Part shown: in pieces, positions 12,051-21,599 of the stretch
Position numbering within the stretch: position 1 is the stretch's first letter
How the letters are laid out: each line of letters begins with the position of its first letter
Origin: an uncultured Gammaproteobacteria bacterium
GTDB lineage: Bacteria > Pseudomonadota > Gammaproteobacteria > DRLM01
NCBI GenBank assembly: GCA_963729605.1
Contig: CAVSNY010000004.1
Location: forward strand, 256,001-320,000
DNA: 64,000 nucleotides
Reading direction: 5' to 3'
Notes under the pieces: generated by a model
The model's database searches: none
What the model was told of the DNA's origin: nothing
The model's input: only the letters and a program-made list of their open reading frames with translations
Program-made: the position numbers and the translations under genes

Positions 12051-15000
12051 TTGAACGCGGCGGTTAATTACTTAGGCAAGGTCGCGTTGTTCGCCGCGGC
12101 TTATTATCTCACCGGCCGCTTGGGGTTGTTATTGGCCGTGCCGCCGGGTTACGCCACGGCGATGTGGCCGCCCTCCGGGTTTGCCTTGGCGGGATTATTG
12201 TTGCTCGGTTATCGCTACTGGCCCGCGGTGTTGCTGGGTTCGTTCGGCGTCAATCTATTCACTTCATTCGATCCCAGCAATAACGAGACGATGCTTTTTT
12301 CGAGCATCATCGCGGTGATCATCGGCGCCGGTGCCGCCCTGCAAGGGGTGGTCGGCGCCTGGCTGGTGCGGCGTTTCGTCGCACTGCCCAATTCGCTGGA
12401 GCAATTGCGCGATATCAGTCTGCTGCTGTTGTTCGGCGGGCCGGTGAGCTGTCTGATCAATTCCCTGATCGGCGCCGGCACGCTGACCTACTTCGGCAAG
12501 ATCGGGTTCGAGCTGATGCCGTTCACGTGGTTGACCTGGTGGACGGGCGACGTGATCGGGGTGCTGGTGTTCACGCCGATCTTACTTTTATTGTTTGGAC
12601 CGCGCGGTTTGGTGAGTGTCCAACGCAAGGCGGTGATCAGCGCCGTGTTGTTTTTGATTTTCTCCATCGCGGTCGCCATATTTTTCGACGCGCGGGATCG
12701 GGAGCACCAACGTCAGCTCAACGAGATCGAGCAGGTATACGATCGCGCGGCGGCCAATCTGCAGGGCGTGATGGCTCAATATGCCGACATTCTGCATGAC
12801 ACGGCCAGTCTGTTTAAAATTTCCCGGCCGATTTCGCGGGAGGATTTTAAAAAATTCACCGATGATATCCTGACCCGTTATCCCGGCATCCGGTTGTCCT
12901 GGAGCAAACGGGTCGCGGATTCGGAACGCGCCGCTTATGAAACGGCGCAGCGCGCCGAAGGATTCACCGATTTTTTCATTCGCGAGCGCGACGAGAACAA
13001 TCGATTCGTTCGCGCTCGACGGCGCGCCGAATATTTTCCGGTGACATATATCGAGCCTTATCATCCCCAGGTGCACGGCTACGATAATAATTCGGAGGCA
13101 CAGCGCAAACGCGCGCTCGAAGCCGCCCGCGACAGCGGCGAGCTGAGGGTCACCGGCAGAATCAATATTATCCAAAAGGACCAAGACAAATTCGGATTGC
13201 TGTATTTCATGCCTTTATATCAGGGCTCGCCGCCTGCCACGCTGGAGGAGCGTCGCCGCCGCCTCGACGGCTACGTCGCCGGCGCCGTGATCATCCCCGA
13301 GATCATCACCGTGAATTTCGCCGAATTTTCTAAGCGACAGATCAGCTTCGTCATATACGACGATGACGCGCCGGCGGAGGCGCGGCTGTTGTATGACTCC
13401 CGCACCCCCGACCATAGAGCAGACCTCGCTTTGACCAAGGCCAAGGCCAAGAGCCAGGGACAGGATCAACGTTGGAGTAAACAAATCACCGTCGGCGGCC
13501 GTCATTGGACCGTGGAGTATTTCCGCAGTCAGACCGCCACGGCCGCCGATCAGAACTGGACGGTTTGGTTGACCCTGGTGGGCGGTCTGTTGTTTACCGG
13601 TTTCTTCGGCGTGTTCGTGTTGGTCTTCACCGCGCAAACCGATGTGGTGAAACGATTGGTGGATGAAAAAACTGCCTTGTTGCGGCGCAGCGAAGAGCGG
13701 TTCCGCCTGCTGGTGGAGGCGGCGCTCGATTACGCCATCGTCATGCTCGATCCCGACGGTAAAGTCGTCAGTTGGAATGCCGGCGCGCAGAAAATCACCG
13801 GTTATCGCGCCGACGAAATTCTCGGCCGGAATTTTTCCGTGTTTTATCCGCCGCAACTGGTGGCGCAGGGTTGGCTCGAATATGAACTGGCGCAGACGCG
13901 GGACAACGGCCGCTTTGAAGATGTCGGCTGGCGGGTGCGCAAGGATGGCACGTTGTTCTGGGCTGATGTGGTGATCGCGGCCTTATACGACGAAAACGGC
14001 GCGCTTTATGGTTACTCCAAAATTACCCGCGATCTCAGCGAGACCTGGCAGCAGGAAGAAAAACTCCGCGAATACACCGCGCTGCAACGCGCCATACTCG
14101 ACAGCGCCGGTTATTCGATCATCGCGACCCTGCCGGACGGCACGATCACCTTATTCAATCCCGCCGCCGAGGCGATGCTGGGTTACCGCGCCGACGAGGT
14201 GATCGGCCGTATGACGCCGGCGCTGATCCATGACGCGCAGGAAGTGGCGGCGCGCGCTCAAACCCTGGCGATGGAACTCGATGAGCCGATCGAACCCGGT
14301 TTCGAGGTCTTCGTCGCCAAGGCCCGCCGCGGCGGTTCGGATGCCAATGAGTGGACTTATATCCGCAAGGACGGCAGCCGCTTTCCGGTGTTGTTGACCG
14401 TCACCGTCTTGCGCGGGGATAACGGGCAAATTTTCGGTTTTCTGGGCATCGCCGCCGACCTGACTGATAACAAATTGGCCGAGGACCGTTTTCGCAGCGC
14501 GGTGGAGACCGCGCCGGCCGCCATCATGATTTTCGATCATGGCGGCCGGATCAGCATGGCCAACGACGAAGCGAACCGCGTCTTCGGCTATCGGCGCGGT
14601 GAGATGCTCGGTTTGCAGGCCGAGGACTTGTTGCCGGAAACGGCGCGGGCCGGCCACGTAGTATACCGGGAAAAATTTCAGCGCGACCCGCAAGCCCGCC
14701 GCATGGGGGTCGGACGGGAATTATACGCCTTGAGAAAAACCGGCGAACAGTTTGCGGTGGAGGTCGGACTCAGTCTGATTGAAACCCCGCAAGGCGCCAA
14801 TATCATGGCCATGGTGTTCGATATCACCGAGCGTAAGCAGTACCAACTGCAACTTGAACAGGCCAAGGCGGCCGCGGAAAACGCCGCGCGCGCCAAGGCG
14901 GAATTTTTGGCCAATATGAGCCACGAAATCCGCACCCCGATGAACGGCATTCTGGGCATGACCGCCCTGGTATTGAACACCGCTTTGACGCCCCAGCAGC

Positions 15001-16841
15001 GGGAATATCTCACGCTGGTGCAGGATTCGGCCGACTCCTTGCTATATCTGCTCAACGACATTTTGGATTTCTCGAAAATGGAAGCCGGCAAACTCAAATT
15101 GGCGCCGCTGGATTTTGATTTGCGGGAGAAACTGGCGATCACCTTGAGCCGTATCGCGCCCAGCGCCGGCCAGAAGGGCCTCGAACTGATTTTCCATGTC
15201 GCCGACGACGTGCCGCGTTTGATCTACGGCGATCCGGATCGCCTGATGCAGATCGTCATTAATCTGGTCGGCAACGCCATCAAATTCACCGAGCGGGGCG
15301 AGGTGGTGGTCAACGTCGACAACCGGCGTCACGACGACGGCATCGAGCTTTATTTCAGCGTGCGCGACACCGGCATCGGCATTTCCGCCGCGGTGCGCGC
15401 CCGCATCTTCGAGGCCTTTGCCCAAGCCGACACCTCGACGACGCGCCGCTACGGCGGTACCGGTCTCGGCCTGAGTATTTGCAAACAGATCGTCGATCTG
15501 ATGGACGGCCGCATCTGGTTGGAGAGCGAGGAGGAGAAAGGCAGCACCTTTCACTTTACCTTCCGCTTCGAAACCGCGACGCAAAGCGAAATCCCGCCCC
15601 CGGCGGACGATGACGACGTTTTGCACGATCAACCGGTATTGGTGGTCGATGACAATGCCGCCAATCTTGCATTGGTGGGAGGGATGCTCGCGGCGTGGCG
15701 GATGCGCCCCAGCTTACATAGCGACGGGACGGCGGCCCTCGCGGAGGCGGCGCGCGCGGAAGCGGCCGGTGAGGGCTATGCCTTGATCGTGCTCGATCAG
15801 CACATGCCCGGCTTGGACGGTTTGACGATCGCCGATCGGTTGCGGCGGCGGCACGGCGCGGGACTGCCGGTCATATTGATGTTGTCCGCCGGCGATTCGG
15901 CCGACAGCGTGGAATATTGCCGGCAAAACGGGATCGACGTTTATTTGCGCAAACCGATTCGACGGTCGGAGTTGTTGACGGCCGTCCGCACCGCGCTGAG
16001 CGGCGGGACCACCGCTCATGCCGCCGCGCCGGCGATGGACGTCGCGCCGGCCGCGGCGGGCCGAGCCTTGAACATCCTGTTGGCCGAGGACCATCCGGTC
16101 AATCAGAAACTGGCGCTGGCCGTGTTGTCCCAGGGCGGACACCGCGTCAAACTGGCGGAGAACGGGCGGCAGGCGATCGAGCTTTATCAAAAAGAGGCGT
16201 TCGATTTGATATTGATGGACGTGCAGATGCCGGAAATGGACGGCGAAGAGGCCACCCTGGCGATACGCGAACTCGAACGCGGCACGGGCCGGCATGTCCG
16301 TATCGTGGCGTTGACGGCGCATGCCCTGGTCGAGGATCAGCAGCGGCTTTTGCAGGCGGGTATGGACGGTTATCTTTCCAAGCCATTTCGTCCCGCGCAA
16401 TTATTGGCGGTGGTGTCCAATGCGTCGGAGGCCGTCGACCCGCCGATTTTATCGACCCGGCCCTCCGGCTTATTGTCCGCGCCTCCGGCCAAATTCGGAC
16501 TCTGCTTTAATCTCGACGCGGCCTTGGAGCGCTCCATGCACCAAATAAATTTTCTGAAAAAGCTGGCGGCGGTTTTCATAAGCAGCGTGCCGCCGATGCG
16601 CGAGCAAATGCATGCCGCGCTCAAGGCGCGGGACGCCACCGCCCTTGCCAGGACGGCGCATGCCTTGAAAGGTTCGGTGGGCAACTTCATGGCCGCTGAT
16701 TGTTTCGAGGCGGCTAAACAAGTGGAGGCCGCGGGCCGCGCGGGCGATCTCGGCGCCGCGCGATCTTCGCTGGAGCGTTTGGACCTGGAAATCGATAGAC
16801 TGGTCGCCGACCTGCAGACTCTGGGATTGGAGCAGACGTGA
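12051..16841 (+). CDS. Hybrid sensor kinase: MASE1-CHASE-3xPAS-HisKA/HATPase-REC-REC-Hpt
   Basis: MWPPSG and WWTGDVIG (MASE1); YFPVTYIEP (CHASE); FLANMSHEIRTPMNG; YGGTGLGL; two receivers; AHALKGS (Hpt). Confidence 0.93.
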   Translation: MNAAVNYLGKVALFAAAYYLTGRLGLLLAVPPGYATAMWPPSGFALAGLLLLGYRYWPAVLLGSFGVNLFTSFDPSNNETMLFSSIIAVIIGAGAALQGVVGAWLVRRFVALPNSLEQLRDISLLLLFGGPVSCLINSLIGAGTLTYFGKIGFELMPFTWLTWWTGDVIGVLVFTPILLLLFGPRGLVSVQRKAVISAVLFLIFSIAVAIFFDARDREHQRQLNEIEQVYDRAAANLQGVMAQYADILHDTASLFKISRPISREDFKKFTDDILTRYPGIRLSWSKRVADSERAAYETAQRAEGFTDFFIRERDENNRFVRARRRAEYFPVTYIEPYHPQVHGYDNNSEAQRKRALEAARDSGELRVTGRINIIQKDQDKFGLLYFMPLYQGSPPATLEERRRRLDGYVAGAVIIPEIITVNFAEFSKRQISFVIYDDDAPAEARLLYDSRTPDHRADLALTKAKAKSQGQDQRWSKQITVGGRHWTVEYFRSQTATAADQNWTVWLTLVGGLLFTGFFGVFVLVFTAQTDVVKRLVDEKTALLRRSEERFRLLVEAALDYAIVMLDPDGKVVSWNAGAQKITGYRADEILGRNFSVFYPPQLVAQGWLEYELAQTRDNGRFEDVGWRVRKDGTLFWADVVIAALYDENGALYGYSKITRDLSETWQQEEKLREYTALQRAILDSAGYSIIATLPDGTITLFNPAAEAMLGYRADEVIGRMTPALIHDAQEVAARAQTLAMELDEPIEPGFEVFVAKARRGGSDANEWTYIRKDGSRFPVLLTVTVLRGDNGQIFGFLGIAADLTDNKLAEDRFRSAVETAPAAIMIFDHGGRISMANDEANRVFGYRRGEMLGLQAEDLLPETARAGHVVYREKFQRDPQARRMGVGRELYALRKTGEQFAVEVGLSLIETPQGANIMAMVFDITERKQYQLQLEQAKAAAENAARAKAEFLANMSHEIRTPMNGILGMTALVLNTALTPQQREYLTLVQDSADSLLYLLNDILDFSKMEAGKLKLAPLDFDLREKLAITLSRIAPSAGQKGLELIFHVADDVPRLIYGDPDRLMQIVINLVGNAIKFTERGEVVVNVDNRRHDDGIELYFSVRDTGIGISAAVRARIFEAFAQADTSTTRRYGGTGLGLSICKQIVDLMDGRIWLESEEEKGSTFHFTFRFETATQSEIPPPADDDDVLHDQPVLVVDDNAANLALVGGMLAAWRMRPSLHSDGTAALAEAARAEAAGEGYALIVLDQHMPGLDGLTIADRLRRRHGAGLPVILMLSAGDSADSVEYCRQNGIDVYLRKPIRRSELLTAVRTALSGGTTAHAAAPAMDVAPAAAGRALNILLAEDHPVNQKLALAVLSQGGHRVKLAENGRQAIELYQKEAFDLILMDVQMPEMDGEEATLAIRELERGTGRHVRIVALTAHALVEDQQRLLQAGMDGYLSKPFRPAQLLAVVSNASEAVDPPILSTRPSGLLSAPPAKFGLCFNLDAALERSMHQINFLKKLAAVFISSVPPMREQMHAALKARDATALARTAHALKGSVGNFMAADCFEAAKQVEAAGRAGDLGAARSSLERLDLEIDRLVADLQTLGLEQT

Positions 16842-17722
16842 AAATCCTCATTGCCGAAGATGAAGAATTGATGCGGCTGTGGCTGGAAACGGTGTTGGGC
16901 ATGTGGGGCTACGAATGTATCTCCTACACCGACGGTGAACAGGCCTGGCGGGTTTTGCAGCAACCGGAAGCGCCGCAGCTCGCGATTATCGATTGGGAAA
17001 TGCCGAAACTGGACGGCATCGAAGTCTGCCGCCGGGTGCGGGCCGATCCGGATATGCGCTACACCTATATCATCATGCTGACCGGAAAATCGGAAACCGC
17101 CGATATCGTCGAAGCCCTGCAGGCCGGCGCCGACGATTTTATCGTCAAACCCTGTCACCCCGAGGAACTCAAGGTCAGATTGCGGGCGGGTTCCCGGATC
17201 ATACAATTGCAGGAAGAGCTGTTGCTCAAGGCCAGCCATGATCAACTCACCGGGATTTTTAATCGCGGGATGCTGATGGAGCTGGCCGCGCGCGAGCTGG
17301 ACCGCACCACGCGCACCAAGGCGCCGCTGTCGCTGCTGTTGCTGGACATCGATTTTTTCAAACATATTAACGATCGTTACGGCCATCAGGCCGGCGATGC
17401 GGTGTTGCGGGAAACGGCGCTGTGCATCAAATCCGATTTGCGCGGCATCGATATCGCCGGCCGTTATGGCGGCGAAGAATTCATGGTCGTCCTGCCGCAC
17501 TGCGACACCCAGGCGGCATTCCATGTCGCGGAGCGTTTGCGGACTAAGCTCACGGCGCATTCGATCGTTTATGCCGGCACCGCGCTGAAGATTACCGTCA
17601 GTATCGGCGTGGCCAGCGGGGCAGCCCCTGCCGTGGGTTTGGAAGACTTGGTCCGCGAGGCCGACCGCGCGCTCTATCGAGCCAAAAATGCCGGCCGCAA
17701 TCGCGTCGAAGTGGCTGGCTGA
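16838..17722 (+). CDS. REC-GGDEF diguanylate cyclase
   Basis: ILIAEDE and IIDWEMP receiver; DIDFFKHIND; RGID I-site followed by RYGGEEF; GTGA overlap with the kinase. Confidence 0.93.
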   Translation: MKILIAEDEELMRLWLETVLGMWGYECISYTDGEQAWRVLQQPEAPQLAIIDWEMPKLDGIEVCRRVRADPDMRYTYIIMLTGKSETADIVEALQAGADDFIVKPCHPEELKVRLRAGSRIIQLQEELLLKASHDQLTGIFNRGMLMELAARELDRTTRTKAPLSLLLLDIDFFKHINDRYGHQAGDAVLRETALCIKSDLRGIDIAGRYGGEEFMVVLPHCDTQAAFHVAERLRTKLTAHSIVYAGTALKITVSIGVASGAAPAVGLEDLVREADRALYRAKNAGRNRVEVAG

Positions 17723-17990
17723 ATTAAAAACCCGGCGCGGCCTTGCACCCGCCGTTCGATTTTTAAAGCTGGGTTGTCATCGTTTAGATCTTAAATTCCC
17801 CCGTGCGCCGTCAGACCCGTTTAATCGCCCATTTCCAAAAAATGGATTCCGGCCTCCTTGACCCACTCTGGCGCATGAACCGAGCCGCAGCGAAGCGCGT
17901 GAGCGCCGTGCCTTGTCTTTTACGCGGGAAGGATTACTCTGTTCGGGTGAACTCGCGAGTGCGCGGGAAAATAAACCGGGAGGATGGATC

Positions 17991-18626
17991 GTGGCTAAAG
18001 AAATCGTGCGGGGAAAAGCGGCGGTCATTCACTTCGACGGCGCGCTGTGCATTCACGCCCGCCACTGCGTATTGTCGCGGCCGGATGTCTTCGTGCCGAA
18101 TGTGAAGGGGGAGTGGATCCATCCCGATGCCGCCTTGCCTGAAGAAGTGGCGGACTTGGCCATGCATTGTCCGTCCGGGGCGATCCGTTATGAGCGCCTG
18201 GACGGCGGGCCGCAGGAACGGCCTCCCTTGGTGAATACCGTACGGGTCCGGGAAAACGGGCCGCTGGCGATACACGCCGATGTGGCCATCAACGGAGTCG
18301 AATCCGGTTATCGGGTCACCTTATGCCGCTGCGGCGCCTCCAAGAACAAGCCGTTTTGCGACGGCAGCCATGGGCCGGCGGCCTTTGCCGCAACCGGCGA
18401 ACCGCCTTCCGTCGAGGCCGCGACGCTGCAACGGCGCGATGGGCCGTTAAATGTTCAAACCACCGCCAATGGGCCATTGCATGTGAGCGGCAACCTGGAA
18501 TTGGTGAGCGGTACCGGCCGCATGCTGAACAAAATGTCCGAAGCCTGGCTGTGTCGCTGCGGGCAGTCTAAGAACAAACCTTATTGCGACGGCAGTCATA
18601 CCGCCAGCGGTTTTGTCGCCGAGTGA
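17991..18626 (+). CDS. CDGSH iron-sulfur protein with N-terminal divergent 4Fe-4S domain
   Basis: CIHARHC...CPSGA plus two LCRCG-x-SKNKP-x-CDGSH motifs; GGAGG RBS before GTG. Confidence 0.92.
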   Translation: MAKEIVRGKAAVIHFDGALCIHARHCVLSRPDVFVPNVKGEWIHPDAALPEEVADLAMHCPSGAIRYERLDGGPQERPPLVNTVRVRENGPLAIHADVAINGVESGYRVTLCRCGASKNKPFCDGSHGPAAFAATGEPPSVEAATLQRRDGPLNVQTTANGPLHVSGNLELVSGTGRMLNKMSEAWLCRCGQSKNKPYCDGSHTASGFVAE

Positions 18627-19230
18627 TTAACAATAAGTGGGGAAAACCACCTTCATCGGCGAAGACGTCATCAAATGTGATTTCTAAAAATGAATCACCG
18701 CGTATTTTTTGAACACGCTCTTCGTTCTCGGCGCCCTCCCCCTAGCGGAGAGGACGGCCATTATTTTGCAAGAACGCCTTCCTCCTTTTCATTCTTTCCC
18801 ACCCTGACGGCTGCGACCCCTCGCCGCACTCTCCCCGCTCGTGGAAGAAGGAATGTGTTCTGAGATTTTTTGTATTAAACAGATCAGTTTGACGACTCGG
18901 CTATTCAATCGCTCGCAGAATCGCAACAGGGCCTCAAGCCCGTTGAGGGCCCTCGGAAAAATAATCCATCGTCGTGGTTATCACGCCCGCCCCCTATTTT
19001 CAAAATCGATTTGAGGGGGTTCTGAATGCCGCTTATTATCAGCGCCTTATTTAAGCATCATCCTGCAATGAGCCCCGCGCTGCATGGTCACACCGGTTTC
19101 CGGTCTCGGTTCCGGGTGAGCGGCGGGAGCGGCGAAGAGGACTTCCCTGGCGCGCCGGGTTGGCCGGACCGGTGTGTTCACGACGGTTGCCGGCAGGGTG
19201 GGATCTCCTCCATTAAATTTACATTGAAAT

Positions 19231-19249
19231 TAAAAATGATTCTCATTTA
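19231..19249. promoter_or_regulatory. Putative Fur box
   Basis: TAAAAATGATTCTCATTTA resembles GATAATGATAATCATTATC and lies upstream of hemP-tonB. Confidence 0.7.
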
Positions 19250-19408
19250 GAATGTGGCAATGTGCTTTAAGCGTATTAGCCAGCTAACTGGTGTCGCCGT
19301 CTCATTAGCCCGCATAGAAGAGAACTGTCAGGAGAGCCCAATGGATTTTGCCGGACCATTTCACAGCGGAATCCCTCGTCGCCGCGGGATTCCCGTGAGG
19401 TCGCGGTC

Positions 19409-19588
19409 ATGAATCCGCCGCGTATCGACAAGCCCGAGACCGGGTTCCCCGCCCGGGTCCCGGCGCAGACCCCGGTATATGAGAGTAGCCAATTGTTCGG
19501 CGCGGGTCGGGAGATTCTTATCCGTCACGCCGGCGAGCTTTATCGCCTGCGGATCACCCGTCTGAACAAACTGATACTCACCAAGTGA
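19409..19588 (+). CDS. hemP: Hemin uptake protein HemP (59 aa, below ORF-track cutoff)
   Basis: Hand translation ends SSQLFGAGREILIRHAGELYRLRITRLNKLILTK, the HemP motif. Confidence 0.9.
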   Translation: MNPPRIDKPETGFPARVPAQTPVYESSQLFGAGREILIRHAGELYRLRITRLNKLILTK

Positions 19589-20280
19589 GCGCAAGCATGG
19601 CCGCTTCCACATCGCCTTTCATGGCCTCCCGCATGCGGCGCGGCGACTGGGCGATCTTGGCCGCGGTCATCGCCCTGCATGGCCTGGTATTCGGCCTGCT
19701 GTGGTGGTTGCCGTCGCCGCCGCCCGAGCCGTTGTGGCGTCCGGCGCTGGTCGCCGCTCTGATACAGCCCGAGGCCCCCGCGCCGGTCATCATCCCGCCT
19801 AAACCCCTGCCGGCGAAGCCGCGGCCGGTGGTGCAGCCCACGCCCACCCCGCCTGTGCTGGCCGCGCCGGAAATCTCCCCGGCCCCCGAACGTGTGCTGG
19901 TCCCCGCGCCGGTCGAAGAACCGCCGACCCCGGCGCCGCCGGAACCTGCCCCGATCATCGCGGCGCCACCCGCGCCGGCGGTTGAGCCGGTGGCGGTCAT
20001 CCCGCCGCGTTTCGACGCGGATTATCTCGACAACCCCGCGCCGCCGTACCCGCTGTTGTCCAAGCGCCTGCGTGAGGAGGGGACCGTGCTGGTACGGGTC
20101 TACGTCGAGGCCAACGGCTTGCCGGCGCTCGTCGAGCTGAAAAATTCCAGCGGCTATCGGCGCCTCGACGACGTCGCGCTCGCCACGGTGCAGCAATGGC
20201 GCTTCGTCCCGGCGCGGCAGGGCAGCGCGCCGGTCGCGGGCTGGGTCATCGTTCCCATTTCATTTAGTTTGAGGAGTTGA
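19585..20280 (+). CDS. tonB: Energy transducer TonB
   Basis: TM with ALHG, Pro-rich linker, YLDNPAPPYP...EEGTVLVRV...SSG C-terminal domain. Confidence 0.92.
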   Translation: MSASMAASTSPFMASRMRRGDWAILAAVIALHGLVFGLLWWLPSPPPEPLWRPALVAALIQPEAPAPVIIPPKPLPAKPRPVVQPTPTPPVLAAPEISPAPERVLVPAPVEEPPTPAPPEPAPIIAAPPAPAVEPVAVIPPRFDADYLDNPAPPYPLLSKRLREEGTVLVRVYVEANGLPALVELKNSSGYRRLDDVALATVQQWRFVPARQGSAPVAGWVIVPISFSLRS

Positions 20281-20283
20281 AGT

Positions 20284-21009
20284 ATGGAGTCACCGTTGGG
20301 CATTACCCATTTTCTCACCCAGAGCGACGGCGTCGCGCGCTTTTTGCTGGCCGTTTTGATCGTGATGTCCATCGCCACCTGGTATCTCATCGTCATCAAG
20401 GCCTACCGCTATTGGCAAATGCGCAATCACAGTGCGCGTTTTCTTTCCTATTTCTGGCAGGCCGCCGACTTCGACCAGGTGAGCAAGTATCTGCGCGACA
20501 CCGGCGTGCACGATCCGTTTTCGCACCTCACCCACCACGGCCTGCGCGCCGCCGAGCAGTACCGCAAGCGCGACGGCAGCCGCATGATCGAGTCGGGTTC
20601 CGCCGATGAATTTCTCACCCGTGCCCTGCGCCGCGCCATCGAGCAGGACACCGCCCGCCTCGAATACGGCTTGACCGTGCTGGCGTCGGTGGCGTCCTCG
20701 GCGCCGTTCGTCGGCCTGTTCGGCACGGTGTGGGGCATTTATCACGCGCTGCTCGCCATCGGCATGTCCGGCCAGAGCGGCCTCGATCAAATCGCCGGCC
20801 CGGTCGGCGAGGCCTTGATCATGACCGCGCTCGGCCTCGCGGTCGCGATACCCGCGGTGCTGGCCTACAACGCCTTCAACCGTTCGAATCGGCTGATCCT
20901 CGCCGAGCTCGACGGCTTCGCCCACGACTTTTTCGCCTTTATGTCCACCGGCATCCGCACCGACCATCGCGTGTCGACGGCCGATGCGCCTTTAGCGAGG
21001 GGCGTGTAA
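20284..21009 (+). CDS. exbB: ExbB (MotA/TolQ/ExbB family)
   Basis: SAPFVGLFGTVWGI and GEALIMTALGLAVAIPA. Confidence 0.93.
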   Translation: MESPLGITHFLTQSDGVARFLLAVLIVMSIATWYLIVIKAYRYWQMRNHSARFLSYFWQAADFDQVSKYLRDTGVHDPFSHLTHHGLRAAEQYRKRDGSRMIESGSADEFLTRALRRAIEQDTARLEYGLTVLASVASSAPFVGLFGTVWGIYHALLAIGMSGQSGLDQIAGPVGEALIMTALGLAVAIPAVLAYNAFNRSNRLILAELDGFAHDFFAFMSTGIRTDHRVSTADAPLARGV

Positions 21010-21431
21010 TGGCCTTCGGCGGATTTACCAAAGGCCAGACCGGCCAGCCGATGGCGGAGATCAATATGATTCCGCTGATCGACGTGATGCTGGTGTTGCT
21101 GGTGATTTTCATGATCACCGCGCCGCTGTTGAGCCACGCGGTGAAGATCGACCTGCCCAAGGCCTCGAGCTCGCTCAATGTCGTCAAGCCCGAAAATATT
21201 CATCTGAGCTTGGATGCGGAGGGACAAGTCTATTGGAACGATCAACCGGTCGAACCGGCGGAATGGCGCAGCCGCATGGCCGAGGCCGCCAAACAACAAC
21301 CGCAACCCGAGGTGCAGATCCGCGCCGACGGCGAACTCGCCTATCGCAAAGTGGTGCAGGTGATGTCCGACGCGGCGCAGGCCGGGCTCACCCATTTGGG
21401 TTTCGTCACCGACCCGCGTGATGCGCCGTGA
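21009..21431 (+). CDS. exbD: ExbD
   Basis: ATG overlaps the exbB stop; EINMIPLIDVMLVLLVIFMITAP; IRAD. Confidence 0.93.
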   Translation: MAFGGFTKGQTGQPMAEINMIPLIDVMLVLLVIFMITAPLLSHAVKIDLPKASSSLNVVKPENIHLSLDAEGQVYWNDQPVEPAEWRSRMAEAAKQQPQPEVQIRADGELAYRKVVQVMSDAAQAGLTHLGFVTDPRDAP

Positions 21432-21599
21432 ACATGTCCTGATACTCAAAGAGTCCGTGTATGTCGCTGAGCGGTCCGTCCGCCGAGGTGTAAATGCAAA
21501 TGAATTAATCGAAATCAATGAGCCAGCCCGCCTGTTTTCAACTCGCCAGCCCGCCACAAGCAAGGCCTATCAGCCTATCAATAGAAGAGGAGCGAGCGA

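Noticed and set aside
18730-18850. Dispersed CCCTC...GAGG palindromes (also near 28960 and 51470)
   Set aside because: Too degenerate to delimit; probably decayed members of the same REP-like family.
21488-21522. Second Fur-like AT-rich site before the siderophore receptor
   Set aside because: Match to consensus too weak to call by eye.
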